Notes under the pieces: model-generated | Databases searched by the model: none | The model's input: the letters and a program-made list of their open reading frames with translations, nothing else | Told to the model about the DNA's origin: nothing | DNA from: Amoeboradix gromovi X-113 | Lineage: Eukaryota; Fungi; Sanchytriomycota | Assembly (NCBI GenBank): GCA_018985225.1 | Contig: JADGIF010000190.1 | Location: forward strand, 1-15,450 | Reading direction: 5' to 3' | DNA length: 15,450 nt | Translations under genes and position numbers: made by a program | In this document: in pieces, positions 1-9,822 of the stretch | Numbering within the stretch: position 1 is the stretch's first letter | Layout: each line of letters opens with the position of its first letter

Positions 1-269
1 ACCAGTACCAATAAAAAGAAGTCCTATGATATTGAGAGTTGTTTATTTTTGTCTTTTTCATTTTCACGCCAACGGAAGAAACATAATTAAATGTCAACTT
101 CCCAATTCCCATTGACATAAACATAAACATGCGTAGCACTAATAAGGACTAAATTCCGTGTATGTTTGTTATAATTGTTTCTCATGTAGTGATTAATTAG
201 TTTCAATTTGCTTGAACATGATGGCCCATTTGTCAAATCAAGGGGATTTCTGTTACCCACTAAGTTTTC

Positions 270-1007
270 ATGTCAAACTATGAGCTGGCTCTTTGGGGCA
301 GTCCCAATGCTCTTGTAAACTGGTGCGAGCCTGACTACGTTCATTTCAATTTTATAGCAGAGACATGGAATACTCTAAGTAACCTAGTCACGATTGTATT
401 AGGAATGATCTTGTTTGCTCACTACAAGAAATACGCATGCGAAAAGCGCTTCTTATGCTCCACCTTACTTATGATTCTTGTGGGATGCGGTAGCTTCTCA
501 TTCCATGGCACTCTGTTGTATCATTTCCAATTGATGGATGAACTTCCTATGCTTTATTTGACTTGCTGCTTAAGCTATGTTGTAGTTGAAATGCCTCACA
601 AACAGAGGCAATATCCCAACCTTCCTAAAATAGCAGTAGCAACTTGTATTTTCCTTACTATTGGCCACATCACTCTCAAAAACAATGAAATATTTTTTGG
701 TGCGTTTGGTATACTTTTAGCTCCAGCCATAGCTTATCCGTTAACACACATATCTGTTACTCCATTTATTTATTGCATGAGGAATGCGGCTTTATCTTTA
801 ATGCTGGGATTTGCTGCTTGGGAAGTGGATCGGTTTCTCTGTGACTTAGTGCAACCACTTTACTTACATGCATGGTGGCATGTATTCACTGCTATGAGTG
901 GTGTTTTCTGGCTGAATGCCATGGTGTTCATTCGAAAGAGGTATGTTTTAAAAGAACCAAGTAGGTTATTATACTATGGTTTATGGGTTGAGCTAGATTC
1001 TAAGTAA
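270..1007 (+). CDS. ACER3: Alkaline ceramidase (ACER3/YPC1-like, CREST superfamily), 245 aa
   Basis: Intact ORF with about 7 hydrophobic segments and family motifs NWCEPDY, AETWNTLSN, GSFSFHGTL, QLMDELPM and LHAWWHVFT (Zn-binding His residues). Confidence 0.95.
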   Translation: MSNYELALWGSPNALVNWCEPDYVHFNFIAETWNTLSNLVTIVLGMILFAHYKKYACEKRFLCSTLLMILVGCGSFSFHGTLLYHFQLMDELPMLYLTCCLSYVVVEMPHKQRQYPNLPKIAVATCIFLTIGHITLKNNEIFFGAFGILLAPAIAYPLTHISVTPFIYCMRNAALSLMLGFAAWEVDRFLCDLVQPLYLHAWWHVFTAMSGVFWLNAMVFIRKRYVLKEPSRLLYYGLWVELDSK

Positions 1008-2022
1008 TAAATAAACTGAGCGTTTAATGCATTCACTCTCCAGAATCACCATTGGGACTTTTTTCTTGATTGCTATCACTAATTCGAAAACAGTTTCTAA
1101 CTTTGTCTTTGATTGCTTAATGACAATAAGCCACCTCTTTAATAGCAGTTAATTTTAACGAAGTTTTCAATGTATGGAGAGCTGCTTGATACCCAGTAAG
1201 ATCATATAAAACTGTGCTTCTTTTTATACATCATTACTGGCCTTTTTTCTTATACCAGGAATCCGAACAGAGAGAAATTGGTACGCCCAACGAAAAACTA
1301 GATCAGGCAATTGATGTAGAGATATTTCTTATTTTAACACCTACAGATTTCTTCTTTGGAACTTGGTGTTCATACTTGGTTAACAGGCATTCAATTGCTG
1401 GAGGATTCTGCTCACAGTGCTTATAGCTTTTAATAGCAAAGGGCTCTCAATCAAATATTTATTTCAATAACAGCCAATTTGAGGTAATTTAGCTAAGTAT
1501 TCATGTTCATTATCTTGTTGCTACCAAGTATGAGTGGACTAAATATCTCAGTAACATTTTGGTTTTGTAATCTTTTGTATGAAATTAGTTAATTATACTT
1601 AAGCTAAAGAGATGTAGCATGATTTAAAATAATAGCGCTGTCGTGATACAGTGCATACCGCCATTTGCAATCTGTGCCAGGATAACTGGAGAATCCTAGA
1701 TGCGCATAACTCGAGTAGCAATTTTTAAATAAATTGATTAACAAGCAAATTACTCTAAGCAAAATGAATTGAATATATTTATTTTATTAGATACAAGTTT
1801 TTGTAACCGATGAGGACTCTGATGCTAACCATTTTGGTATTCTTACAGCATCATTAAATACACACATTTAGAAACTTTTTCCAAAAACTCGGATAGCAGC
1901 TATGAAATATAGAATTCTAAGACTATCAAATTTGTTTATCGTTAGATAACCGGATAAAAAGCTCGATTGTTTTCTTGAATAAATCATTAATCGCGAATTT
2001 GTATGCATTTTTATACAATTTC

Positions 2023-2150
2023 ATGACTTTTCCAGATTTTTCCTATAGCTCAAGTACTCGATATTCTTCATGAAATCAATGAATGTAATCCTGAACATGT
2101 CAAATCTAAAGAAATAACTAACAGGTACGGCATACAAAGACATATGATCT
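2023..2150 (+). pseudogene. Possible N-terminal MerR-like HTH fragment of an IS607-family serine recombinase (TnpA)
   Basis: Removing one T from the T5 run at 2037-2041 gives MTFPDFPIAQVLDILHEINECNPEHVKSKEITNRYGIQRH. HVKSKEITNRYGI resembles the first HTH helices of IS607 TnpA. The match is short and judged by eye. Confidence 0.3.
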
Positions 2151-2193
2151 TATATACTTGCCATCGTCTAATACTAGTTAAACGATAAGCAGC

Positions 2194-2440
2194 TTGCCGA
2201 GCAAGGTCGCAAGAAATATGGCTACAATGTCCCATTACACATTCAAGGAACGCTTGAAGTTCAAGTGTAAACAAAGAGGAAAAACGATAACCGACTGTAA
2301 TGAAGCATTTACTAGTCAGACATGTACGAGGTATGGCACTCTAAAGAAAACCAGCTTAGAAACCTACACCTGTACCAATTTTCATTTGGAGATAGATAGA
2401 GATCATATGCAGCAAGGAACATATACATCAGGTATCTGCA
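2194..2440 (+). pseudogene. Fanzor2/IS607-TnpB C-terminal fragment (RuvC-II, degenerate Zn ribbon, RuvC-III)
   Basis: KVARNMATMSHYTFKERLKFKC..CNEAFTSQTC..YTCTNFHLEIDRD, then after a frameshift near 2407 AARNIYIRYL (gca gca agg aac ata tac atc agg tat ctg). This is the typical DRDxNAARNI end. Two Zn-ribbon Cys are replaced by Y and F. Confidence 0.9.
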
Positions 2441-2550
2441 TCCTTGTTCAATCCCGCCTCAGGGTAGTGAAAGCGTGAGAAATCACTGTAATGGAGATCT
2501 AGCATTGCTAGTTTCTCTGTGGAAATTCATGATTCTAATATTCCTGATCG
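2440..2550 (+). ncRNA. Putative omegaRNA scaffold / right end of the Fanzor relic
   Basis: Directly downstream of the Fanzor C-terminus. Stems AGTGA(2466-2470)/TCACT(2483-2487) and GAGA-T-CTAGC-att-GCTAG-TT-TCTC (2494-2517), then GGAAAT...TTCCTGATCG. The position matches the known TnpB/Fanzor omegaRNA location. Confidence 0.55.
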
Positions 2551-2781
2551 TAGACCACTATGTTTAATAGAATTAGCTAGTGCTGTAAGGTATGAAGTTA
2601 ATACCGTTTTAACTGTAAATTAACTATGGCAGCAAGGATTGATATTGCACAATATATTTCAGTTTATCCTGAAGCTGAGGATTCGTTGATAAATGCCACG
2701 GTAGCTACTCGTAATTCAGTTTATCTTTAGCTAGCGGATAAAATTGCGTAACACTTCAATGTGGTTCTCCATTTACCCCCA

Positions 2782-3438
2782 ATGAAACAAAATGTACTTG
2801 TAATCGGAGGTAACGGGCAATTGGGACAGACAGTTGTTGATGAGTTTATTGTAGACAACTATGTAATATCCATTGATTTCTCGGCCAATAGCAAAGCAAG
2901 TGAATCAATTGTATTAAACGATGTACTCACGGACAAGATTATTGAAAAGCTACCATCATTAAATGCCGTAATTTGTGTAGCAGGTGGATGGGCGGGTGGT
3001 TCTATAACGAGCAACGATGTATTAGCAAGTGTTGATCGAATGTACAAGATGAACAGCTTAAGTGCAGCATTAGCGGGACATATTGCCAGTCTCAAGCTAG
3101 TTAACAACGGCTTGTTGGTTCTTTTTGGTGCTGAAGTGGGAAAGTCACCTACTCCTGGAATGATCGGGTATGGTATGAGTAAAGCAGCGACTCATCATTT
3201 AGTCCAGAGTTTAGCTAATGATCCTAAGTTTCCTGGTAAAGTTATATGTTTGCTTCCTATCACTTTAGATACGCCTAGTAACCGCAAGTACATGGGTGAT
3301 ATGGATACTAGTACGTGGACACCAATGCCTATAATTGCTAAGCAAGTTAACGAATGGTATAAATCCAATTCTGTTCAAACGGGGCAATTCTATACTTTGA
3401 AGACTCTCAGTGGCAAGACCAGTTTTGTGTTAAACTAA
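2782..3438 (+). CDS. QDPR: Dihydropteridine reductase (SDR family)
   Basis: ATG at 2782. Rossmann motif VLVIGGNGQLG, signature CVAGGWAGG, catalytic TPGMIGYGMSKAA (YxxxK) and LPITLDTPSNRKYM..WTP. Confidence 0.96.
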   Translation: MKQNVLVIGGNGQLGQTVVDEFIVDNYVISIDFSANSKASESIVLNDVLTDKIIEKLPSLNAVICVAGGWAGGSITSNDVLASVDRMYKMNSLSAALAGHIASLKLVNNGLLVLFGAEVGKSPTPGMIGYGMSKAATHHLVQSLANDPKFPGKVICLLPITLDTPSNRKYMGDMDTSTWTPMPIIAKQVNEWYKSNSVQTGQFYTLKTLSGKTSFVLN

Positions 3439-3776
3439 TAATAAATCGAAGTCTTCTACTTAAGCTGAATGGATCGTTTTTTGTGACTAAATGGAATCTA
3501 TCGATTGAATACACTCTCTTTATAGATTTGATAAAATGATCATTGCTTAAGGTGTCCATTGAGACCTCTCGCTCTTTTAATATCGGTATCATCCAATAAA
3601 GGACGAATTTGCCAGCTAGGCTTTTGATATTCACTCGTGTTACTAAAACATATCTCGTATATTCAAGCTTGCGTTTACATCGCGATCCACCACTGTGGAG
3701 CATGTTTCGCATCTCCTGAGTCTCTTTCGCTTTCCAAATTCTTTTCCATTGATGTAATGCAAGCATATGTAACATT

Positions 3777-3804
3777 TGGGACATCAAATATAAAAACTAG
3801 ACTA
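3777..3804 (-). repeat. Transposon-end-like motif copy (TAGTCTAGTTTTTA-TATTTGAT-GTCCCA on - strand)
   Basis: Matches copies at 5376-5402, 6716-6743, 9447-9471 and the TIRs at 11704 and 15066. Confidence 0.6.
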
Positions 3805-4153
3805 ACTATTTTCAACCAATCCAATCACGAAAAATATTAATTCAAATACGAAAATTCTTAAAATATAATTTTACTTTACTTCGTTATCTTTATATTGCTC
3901 AGAAAAGATAAGATCTAGTTGTATTTGTATTTCCTAAATCCAATTTCCAATTTTCAGAGACATAAGGAAACTATTGACTACAATCATGAAGATTGAAATA
4001 GTATTTACAGCTAGCGCCATTATGACTCTTAAAAATCATCAAATCTCGCAAATCCAGTTGAATTACTTGGATATCTTTCATTCACAAATATCTTGACTCA
4101 TCTACTGGCTAAGAAATCGACCAAGACACAAACCTATTTATGGACAATTGAAT

Positions 4154-5303
4154 TTATTTAACTTGCTTGCATTCAATAGTAATAAATAATTTTTTGCCAA
4201 ATAATGTATCCAAATGTTCTTTTACCCTGTCAGTTTCATTCTTCAACACAGTCTCGTCGCCATTCATGGTATAAATAACACCATTTAAACTCGGAACAAC
4301 TTCACGAATCCCAGGATACATTAGTTTCACAGCCACTGCTCGAACAAGTAAACAAATACTTAATTGCTCTCCAGCACATGCCAGTGGATCATATGACTTT
4401 TTCTCAATTTTCAAACCTTCATCAGTATCCTTTTTGAAGAATTTGGAATTCTTGTCTGATTTCTTTCCACCATCTAAAGCTTCTACAGATGATTCTCCAA
4501 AAGATTTATCTTTGAATATGACGTCGTACTTAGAATCAAATTTTCGTAAAGGTGATTTAATCTCACATACCTCAATGTCCAATGATCTGTCATTTAAAGT
4601 TGAATAACCTCTACAGTCCATTTCAATTGCCCCCTTTAAAAAGAAATCATAGCCATGGCTGCACTCCAAGCTCAAATTTGTAAAATCTAACTTCATTATT
4701 CCACTAGCATCTTGTACAGTGTTTAGAGCACAAATAGTAACAAATTCCAATAATAAAAGGCCAGAAGGTTGTGTGGAAATTTCATCATATCTCTCATTTA
4801 GCTCCATTTTCTTCAATTTAGAGCACAGCTTTGTTATTTCTCCATATCTCTCATGTTCTTGAAAATGCTTTACAAGTCCATTGATAATCTTTTCACTTGA
4901 TAAAAATTCGTATAAGACACGAATATGTGAAAACATATCAGGAAAATGATCAACAAGAGATTTTCTATTGTTTCTGTCAAAAAGCTGACATAATCCTGCA
5001 ATATTGAAAATTTTAAACCCCACTAGCATAATTGTCCCCTTTCATATGAGCAACTCTCTCTTGTACAATTCCTTCCATTGCAAACCCCATTTTTGCATGA
5101 AGACTGTTGGTAGCAGATATTTCATAAGTCATCATTGTAATGGCAGATTTGATGTCTGTAATGTCAGATTTGATGTCTGTAATGTCAGACTTGAGATCTG
5201 TAATGTCAGATTTGAGATCTGTAAAGCCTTGTTCTGTAGTAGATTTGAGATCTTTGACTTCATTCTTGATTTCATTCATCAATTTTTGGATATTCTCGTC
5301 CAT
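4154..5303 (-). pseudogene. Coiled-coil + PD-(D/E)xK (restriction-endonuclease-like) protein, ~380 aa, split by a single +1 frameshift (pseudogene or sequencing error)
   Basis: ORFs 5013-5303 and 4154-5029 join to ...GDNYASGFKIFNIAGL... if one base of the C4 run at 5018-5021 is removed. N-terminal heptad repeats, GFAME helix, EMDCRG...IEVCEIKS (D..ExK) and AGEQL motifs. Confidence 0.7.
5136..5224. repeat. 21-bp tandem repeat x4 (TGTAATGTCAGATTTGATGTC) encoding the heptad D(L/I)KSDIT
   Basis: Units start at 5136, 5157, 5178 and 5199, with a partial fifth at 5220. In frame with the - strand ORF. Confidence 0.95.
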
Positions 5304-5375
5304 GTTTTACCCCGAGTAATAATAAGGGAATAAAAGTATGAGATACAATGGAGCACAATTATGATAGTAAATAAA

Positions 5376-5402
5376 TGGGACACACTGTAAAAACTAGACT
5401 AG
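5376..5402 (-). repeat. Transposon-end-like motif copy (CTAGTCTAGTTTTTA-CAGTGT-GTCCCA on - strand)
   Basis: Same motif family. 5370-5383 is also a perfect 14-bp inverted match to 6736-6749. Confidence 0.65.
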
Positions 5403-5579
5403 ATAATTTGTATATTTTATTGATGTATATTAACATAAACAAAAAACCCTATTTAGCATCTGAAGTTGCTGTGGAAAAACGTAAAGATGTAACAATAACT
5501 GACAGAAGGGAAACCAATGTATTACAGTGTTTTAAGGCATTCAAGCAGTACTTAGTATTACAATGAAATAAATAATTAT

Positions 5580-6404
5580 CTATTCACTATCTTCCTCGGG
5601 CATAAGAGCTTCATGATAATTCCTCTCTTCCATTTTCAATCTCTCTCCTTCAAAAAGCCTTCCTTGAAACCGCAATAATAATGCATGTTGTTTTTCTGGT
5701 GTCAATTCTTGTTTCTCCAATAAATCTAAAGCATCCCAGTTATTACGATAAACCTTTTCTCGAGGTGGTGAAATGATATTCTTATTGGATACCTCATCAT
5801 AAACATCTTGATGGTATCGATATAAACCCTCAAAAATCGTCAATCTAGAGCTGTTTTTACACTGAGATATATTAAAGTATTTAAAAAAATCATAAAGGTC
5901 ACATTTTAATTCTGATACAAAGTATGGATCACCATCCTCAAATATCACGGCATCTTGATACAGAAAAAGCTTATTCAAATTTCTTCTTTTGCTATGGCCT
6001 CGATTTTTAAAGTTGTATTTGTAAATATTTCTCTCTGTTTTGAAAGATAAGCGTTGCAACAAATCACAATAAAATGATGGTGGAACTTGATCACCAGTAT
6101 CAATCACTTGTGCATGACCCAAACAAGAGATCTCTTGGTAACTACGAACTTTTTTGGTATCAGAAATCACATTTGATACTATGATTCCATCTTTAAGAAA
6201 GTCAAAATCTGTGTTATCGTATACGAATGTTTCGAACTTTTCTGTTCCAAAATAATCCCAATGCTCATCAATTGTAAAATCAGAAAAAAACTGGGAATAA
6301 GTTTTTATACTATTCATCTCTTCTTTATGTGTTTTAGTTAAACTAGCTACATTTCCAACTTTAGGCTGTCTTAATTGATAATTTGAAGCTACTTTAGAAG
6401 ACAT
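5580..6404 (-). CDS. Hypothetical protein, 274 aa
   Basis: Uninterrupted 825-bp ATG-started ORF in very AT-rich DNA, with CCAAT boxes upstream. No motif recognised. Confidence 0.7.
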   Translation of the reverse strand: MSSKVASNYQLRQPKVGNVASLTKTHKEEMNSIKTYSQFFSDFTIDEHWDYFGTEKFETFVYDNTDFDFLKDGIIVSNVISDTKKVRSYQEISCLGHAQVIDTGDQVPPSFYCDLLQRLSFKTERNIYKYNFKNRGHSKRRNLNKLFLYQDAVIFEDGDPYFVSELKCDLYDFFKYFNISQCKNSSRLTIFEGLYRYHQDVYDEVSNKNIISPPREKVYRNNWDALDLLEKQELTPEKQHALLLRFQGRLFEGERLKMEERNYHEALMPEEDSE

Positions 6405-6448
6405 ATCTGGGGAGAAAGTTTCGGTGTTTTGATTTTAATTAAAATCAA

Positions 6449-6482
6449 CCAATAAAAAAATATTTTTAGACAATCTGATTGG
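6449..6482. promoter_or_regulatory. Pair of inverted CCAAT boxes upstream of the 274-aa ORF
   Basis: CCAAT at 6449-6453 and ATTGG at 6478-6482, 45-80 bp upstream of the ATG at 6404. Similar boxes at 8642, 8679, 9278 and 11658. Confidence 0.35.
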
Positions 6483-6715
6483 TTCAATCTAATTGAAAAG
6501 AATGTTTAAGTAAAAATTTGATATCGTGTTAAATGGTAAAACATGTAACCGTTTTATTTCTTCAAGTGGATTTAATTTGCCACGCCTGAAATTCAAGGTA
6601 AAAAGAAATTATGAATTAAACGATTTTTAATGGTCAAATGACTTATCTATTTTTCACATTCGAAATGTCTCTTTTAACTTTAAAGGGATTTTTCTCAAAA
6701 TCAGATATTCAGAAT

Positions 6716-8556
6716 TAGTCTAGAAATCATATTGGGTGTCCCATTTATTCAACCACTATAAAATGTATGAAATTCTACTGGGATATATCTTAATGCACGG
6801 CTTATATCTCGTCTCTTTCTGTCTGTTAAATTAGAAGGTTGTAAAGATTCAGGTACAAATAAATATTCATTCCGACTCATGTCATCTTCTATTAGCGTAG
6901 CAAATTCCACAAAATTACCATCATTAATCAATTTCTTACAGTACACGACACCAGGATGTTCAGATTTAAACATAAAGACATGATACTTGCCAATTCCTGA
7001 TAAAACCCCAAATATCAAATCAAGTTTAGATCGATAGTTCTTGAATCTGTGACCTGGAAATATTTTACATTCGTTTGTCACAGATGATTCTTCGATCACA
7101 GTTTTAACTTGATCCAAAGTATATACATTTTCTCTTGCAAATTTCTTTTTAATATGTCCAAAGCCGCTGTCAGGACTGAATTTTGTACGTCCTTTCATCA
7201 TGAATTTAAATTCAATAGTATTACATTTCCCAAGTAAGCATAGCCAACTGAATAACTTGATTATTGTATTATTCTTATTTTGACCAACACAATTGTCAGC
7301 ATGTAAGATCAAATTAGCTCTCTTTTCTTTTGGTAGACAGTAGATGCAATCTAACAGTAATGAAGCTACAATGTTACTAGCTTTTTTACCTTGATCTTCT
7401 CTATAAACATAATTCACTTGTCGTCTGAATGTCTCATTATGGATTCCAAAGAGATTGATATTCAAGAGTGACATAAAGCATAAGTCACTTGGTTCATCTT
7501 GTAGTTGAGGTAAACTTAGATTTTGAGAATAATCAAAGGAAAGATATGTGAATGCTTGACGGGAATTATCCTTCTTGTAGTCTAGTCTAGCTACCTTCGC
7601 TTGTCTTAAATGAGTTTGAAAGTCTGTTGTAAGAGTTAAACTAGAGCTTTCAGACAACCCAGGGACATTTAATTGTTCTCGAAAGACAGTGCAGGTATCA
7701 CAAACATCTGATTTTCCAGATTTGATTTTAATCGTCTCGCATAACTTGAAGTACTTTCTAAACGTTTCTACATTAATATTCAAAGTATCATTGTCTCTAT
7801 TGTAGATACCATGTAATTTAGATATCGTCAAGTCAGTTGGTAACCATAGAATATCAGTATCTCTGACTCTTCTAGTCCTACCAGTTCTTGTATAAATTCT
7901 TACAGGCCTAGGTTCTCCATTTTGATCAGCGAATGTCTTGATCCAATTTAAATACTTTCCTTCTGATCAAAGGTGAACGCATGTAAGAACACTTTATCCT
8001 TATTCCCATGAATTCTTCTAGTCCATGCTACTAATGATATTCTGTAGTTTCTGGTTAGACATGGACACAAGATGACAAAAAGCTTTACGACATAATTTTC
8101 CAAGTGGGAAGAGAGTGTACTCAAAGACTTTTCTATCTTGACGTTGCTCTCTCTGACAAGAGAGAAGGATACCTTTAATGAAGGATTCCTGTTCATGTTT
8201 ATCCATGGAATCAAATTTCTCCTTGAAATCAGTTAGTTTGGTGGAATGTATATTCTGCATGCAACGGATATTACAACAGAGAAGTGAAGCACATCTCTGC
8301 AACCATTCTTCAATAAGAACTTCATGTTCAAGTAATGGTGTGGTGTCATTTATGGTGATAACATTATCTTGTCTTGATGTCTTCTGAGTAGCTACTAGGT
8401 TATCAGTCAAATCAAATCTGAAAATGGAATCTTGGGAATGAAATAGATTTTGAGACATTGAACGTAAAGTTGTGAAAGTGAAGAATAGAGAATTGGTCTC
8501 TATTTGTACTGAAAATGTTGTATAGTAATTACTAGTAACCAATGATGATTTACTAG
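6716..8556 (-). mobile_element. Decayed Sola1-like DNA transposon, copy 1 (no Fanzor)
   Basis: End motif TAGTCTAGAAATCATATTGGGTGTCCCA (6716-6743) lies next to the transposase stop. A degenerate inverted partner CCAAT(g)ATGATTT(a)CTAG is at 8539-8556, ~80 bp upstream of the ATG, so this boundary is uncertain. Confidence 0.55.
6749..8458 (-). pseudogene. Sola1-like / DUF7869-type DDD transposase with two frameshifts (~8025, ~7950)
   Basis: Reconstructed: MSQNLF..CCNIRC..LCRKAFCHL / RIHGNK / WIKTFADQNGEPRP..LPTDLTISKLH..SDVCDTC..SFDYSQN..HADNCVGQNKNN..FMMKGRTKFSPDSGFG..YIPVEFHTFYSG*. Three catalytic Asp motifs are present. The conserved GHT is changed to GRT. Confidence 0.85.
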
Positions 8557-8780
8557 TTAATCAAGTTTGAATCCAATAGATACTGGAACGACTTTTTTAC
8601 TTGTTAATATAGACAACTTTTTATACTGATCTTCTATTCTGCCAATCATCTACTTTTCTTTAGAAATCTTTGTACCTACCAATCATAGTTGTTGTTGGGG
8701 TTTCAAAATAGTTTTAACTAGTCAAGTTATAGAAACAAAAAGTACATAAGTATATAAGTAATTATGACGAAGAAGCAGAA

Positions 8781-9140
8781 ATGAAATATTCTGAGCTATT
8801 TCCTTATTATGTGGAATGTTTATCAACTGCAACACTAGGTGATAGTGATACTGGGTTTAAAATCAGAATTGGTTGGCTTATTAATATATTTTCTTCTGTT
8901 TTGCAGATGCAACCATTATTATATGCCCAGATCGCATCGCGAATTATAAACTGGGTTGAAAACCAAAAATTAAATCAGAGCAATATTGCATCACTATGGC
9001 AGACGGGTATAACAACATCCAATAAAAATGAGATTACCTTTAGTAGTTTTGGTATTACTGAAATCAGTGAAGTCAAAATTTCAATGATATTTAGATCTTT
9101 ATGTTATGAAAATGGACACCATAGTGAGATTTTTAAATAA
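8781..9140 (+). CDS. Hypothetical protein or gene fragment, 119 aa
   Basis: ATG-started ORF divergent from transposase 1, with CCAAT motifs at 8642 and 8679 upstream. No recognisable motif. Confidence 0.4.
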   Translation: MKYSELFPYYVECLSTATLGDSDTGFKIRIGWLINIFSSVLQMQPLLYAQIASRIINWVENQKLNQSNIASLWQTGITTSNKNEITFSSFGITEISEVKISMIFRSLCYENGHHSEIFK

Positions 9141-9231
9141 ATAATTTAGAGACTAAAATTTATGAATTTTATTTTTATCAATTACACTTTCTTCTATATT
9201 GCCATTTTGGCCTTTTTTCATTTCAATATAA

Positions 9232-9776
9232 AGTCTAGTTTTTTTGAATAACAAGACTATAAAAATCAAAAAATCCGATTGGCTAGAAAAGTTAGTCTAC
9301 TTTTTACATTTGATTACCAATATTAATTTTAAACTGGAATATCTCTATAGATGATATTCAGAATGCTTCAACACTGGAATTCGTAGAAAGATAATTTATT
9401 TTAGATTCCATAAATACTATTTTTCACTTTCTGACGTTTTCGACTTGTCTAGTTTTTATATCTGGGTCCTGATCCGACAAAATGTCCCTAACTCCAAATT
9501 TAATAAATTTCTATTTATTGCGTAATCAAGTAGCTTAAACTATCTACTGCTCAAAACAGAATTTCATTATACCAACACCTCTTGAAGTTATACCATTTCT
9601 CCGTCTGATAAACTCGTAACTCAAGTTTATAATAATAGTTACAGACACTACTTCTAACTCTTGAACAGATGATATACCAAATATAAGAACTAGAGTAAGT
9701 CGAAAATTTTCATTTGGAGATATTTCAATTTGAAAATAATATTACAATTCAAATACAAAAAGCTAGTCTAGTTTTT
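9232..9776 (+). repeat. Cluster of co-oriented AGTCTAGTTTTT motif copies (9232-9243, 9294-9305 with 1 mismatch, 9447-9457, 9765-9776)
   Basis: Read directly from the sequence. The 9447 copy extends as GTCTAGTTTTTA-TATCTGG-GTCCTG, like the longer motif. Confidence 0.7.
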
Positions 9777-9822
9777 TTGGCTAACCAGAAAATTTAGCAG
9801 TAATTATTTATAGCAACATTAT

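Larger units (their letters stand above)
2023..2550 (+). mobile_element. Internally deleted, non-autonomous IS607/Fanzor2-type element relic (left boundary uncertain)
   Basis: A possible TnpA N-terminal HTH fragment is joined directly to a Fanzor2 C-terminal fragment and a structured 3' tail ending TTCCTGATCG (2541-2550). It sits between two housekeeping genes. Confidence 0.6.

Noticed and set aside
1020-1600. Gene or pseudogene downstream of the ceramidase (including ORF 1214-1426)
   Set aside because: Only short frames on either strand with no recognisable protein similarity.
2551-2575. In-window targets for the putative guides (2551 onward and 14796 onward)
   Set aside because: No convincing match found by eye on either strand. 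A genome-wide search is needed.
2859-3107. Shadow ORFs (2068-2274, 2859-3107, 5004-5333, 8178-8387, 10192-10514, 10898-11092, 11333-11608, 13435-13830, 14081-14263, 14481-14696)
   Set aside because: Antisense or off-frame to better supported genes or pseudogenes, with no recognisable motifs.
3407-3840. ORFs 3407-3787(-) and 3637-3840(+) as genes
   Set aside because: Non-ATG track starts and no motifs. The first overlaps the QDPR 3' end, and both overlap the end-motif copy at 3777-3804. They may be element-internal debris but this cannot be supported.
5136-5224. CRISPR-like or guide array
   Set aside because: Head-to-tail 21-bp units with no spacers, encoding a coiled-coil heptad.
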